Shown piece after piece: positions 26,608 through 27,874 of a stretch of 27,874 nucleotides of DNA (position 1 is the first letter of the stretch; the number at the start of each line of letters is the position of its first letter). Location of the stretch: positions 1 through 27,874 of IMG/VR virus record IMGVR_UViG_3300037511_000096. One strand, written 5' to 3'. The position numbers and the translations under genes are program-made. The DNA is from a virus (taxonomy: Duplodnaviria > Caudoviricetes). A model generated the notes under the pieces. It was not told where the DNA came from and searched no databases. It worked only from the letters and a program-made list of their open reading frames with translations.

Positions 26608-26960
26608 TAACAAAACCTACACAATATCCAGAATGGGCAACTACAGATGTAATAGATCCTATAGAGGGTACACCTAACGTATTAGAGCCACCAAAAGCTA
26701 AAAAAGAGGTTGGATGGATACCAGGAGAGCAAGCACCTAATAACTTCATGAATTGGATACATAGGCTAACCAACGATTGGGTAAAATATTTTGATAGTGT
26801 AGTTCCCGAGACTCTAACCAATAATATAGCACGACCTTCGGCGGTAGATGTTGGGGCGGGAAAGATATTATACATTTCAGATCTTGGAGAAGGTGGAACT
26901 ATGGCCTTTAGTGATGGCACTAACTGGCGCAAAATTAGTGATAATAGTATTATAAATTAA
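26604..26960 (+). CDS. Short tail-fibre anchor/adaptor protein; start revised from 26586
   Basis: ATGA overlap with the upstream stop and GGTAAAAAT leader; PEWA...KKEVGW...FMNW baseplate-attachment motif. Confidence 0.75.
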   Translation: MITKPTQYPEWATTDVIDPIEGTPNVLEPPKAKKEVGWIPGEQAPNNFMNWIHRLTNDWVKYFDSVVPETLTNNIARPSAVDVGAGKILYISDLGEGGTMAFSDGTNWRKISDNSIIN

Positions 26961-26968
26961 GGTAAAAT

Positions 26969-27874
26969 ATGCCAATAATAACAAAACAAATAACAGATTT
27001 AGATGCATCCACTGGCTTTAGCCCGGGTGATCTACTACTAACTAGAAAAACAGGGGAAACTGTAGATAAAAAGATTGACCAAGCTACTTTTATAAAAAGT
27101 ATTGGCAATCCAGCAGTTGCCGGATTCATAGCTACTAGTTCAGTAGCTAACCAATTATTATTAACACCTTCAAATAATGTGATAATAGATACATATTATA
27201 GCGGGATGATAGTTTCTTTTATATCTCCTATTGATAGTACTGGAAATGTAAATATAAAAATCGGAACTCTTCCATTAAAAACACTACAACAGATAGGGAG
27301 CGACCCTCTTACTACTACTATTTTAAAAACTGGTGAATATTATGAGGCTGTATATATAGGAAATGCTACTACGGGCTCGTTTTTTCAAACTAATGTAATA
27401 AAACCAACCATTTTTACCAATGAATATATTGCGTCAGGTACTATAGCACCTGACCTACAAAGTACTACATATGCTTTAGCTACAGCTTATGGAGCGACTA
27501 AAACTGCATATTATGCGGGAATGAGCGCTTTATTTACTGTTGATATAAAAAGTCAAGGAGCTGTTCTAATAAATATAGATGGACTTGGTAATAAAACTTT
27601 ATTAGACCCTCCAGGTGATAATATACCATTTGTTTTATTGCCTTATGAGCCTATTCTTGCTATTTATGATGGGACAGTATTTAGGAAACATATGTTTTCT
27701 AAGGTTGAGCCTATTGATCCTGTTGACCCTCCAACTGATATAACAGTTACAGTAGGACCTGACGGGGAATATACAACTATTGAAGCGGCTATAACTGCTT
27801 TACAAACACAATATGGGGATGATGGTGAAAACGTGACAGCGACTATACAATTACAGCTTAACTTTATTGGCGGT
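26969..27874 (+). CDS. Tail fibre/tailspike protein, truncated by the window edge
   Basis: Open frame MPIITKQITDLD... for 302 codons to the edge; two YYxGM modules, then TVTVGPDGEYTTIEAAI; AGGT RBS. Confidence 0.85.
   Translation, partial: MPIITKQITDLDASTGFSPGDLLLTRKTGETVDKKIDQATFIKSIGNPAVAGFIATSSVANQLLLTPSNNVIIDTYYSGMIVSFISPIDSTGNVNIKIGTLPLKTLQQIGSDPLTTTILKTGEYYEAVYIGNATTGSFFQTNVIKPTIFTNEYIASGTIAPDLQSTTYALATAYGATKTAYYAGMSALFTVDIKSQGAVLINIDGLGNKTLLDPPGDNIPFVLLPYEPILAIYDGTVFRKHMFSKVEPIDPVDPPTDITVTVGPDGEYTTIEAAITALQTQYGDDGENVTATIQLQLNFIGG

Noticed and set aside
20545-26932. ORFs 20545-20799, 20824-21009, 23486-23728, 23542-23889, 26543-26932
   Set aside because: Antisense shadows of tape measure, baseplate, spike and fibre genes.
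17082-26960. Tailocin, eCIS, T6SS or RcGTA-like element
   Set aside because: A complete DNA-packaging head module is present; the contractile sheath and gene families do not match RcGTA.
1-27874. tRNA, rRNA, integrase, lysis genes, reverse transcriptase/DGR, IS elements
   Set aside because: None recognised in this window; they may lie outside it.

Overview
AT-rich, apparently intact virion-morphogenesis region of a tailed phage or prophage with a contractile tail (myovirus). The + strand runs: RHH regulator, terminase small subunit, HNH/AP2-like protein, ankyrin-repeat protein, PBSX-type terminase large subunit, DUF1073-type portal, three inserted fibre-type genes, SPP1 gp7/Mu F-like head protein, DUF2213 protease/scaffold, three paralogous decoration proteins, DUF2184-type major capsid, neck genes, sheath, tube, tail chaperone, tape measure, baseplate genes, a long beta-helical spike, and tail fibre genes running off the right edge. 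The tail chaperone has a clear -1 frameshift signal that the ORF track misses. An antisense outer-membrane beta-barrel moron resembling Rickettsiaceae porin/Adr proteins, the ankyrin protein and a CtrA-type box suggest a Rickettsiales-like intracellular alphaproteobacterial host (inference). The first ~700 bp are mostly non-coding and highly structured, including a 60-bp inverted repeat with nested 27-bp palindromic sites. All family calls come from motif recognition and gene order; no searches were run.
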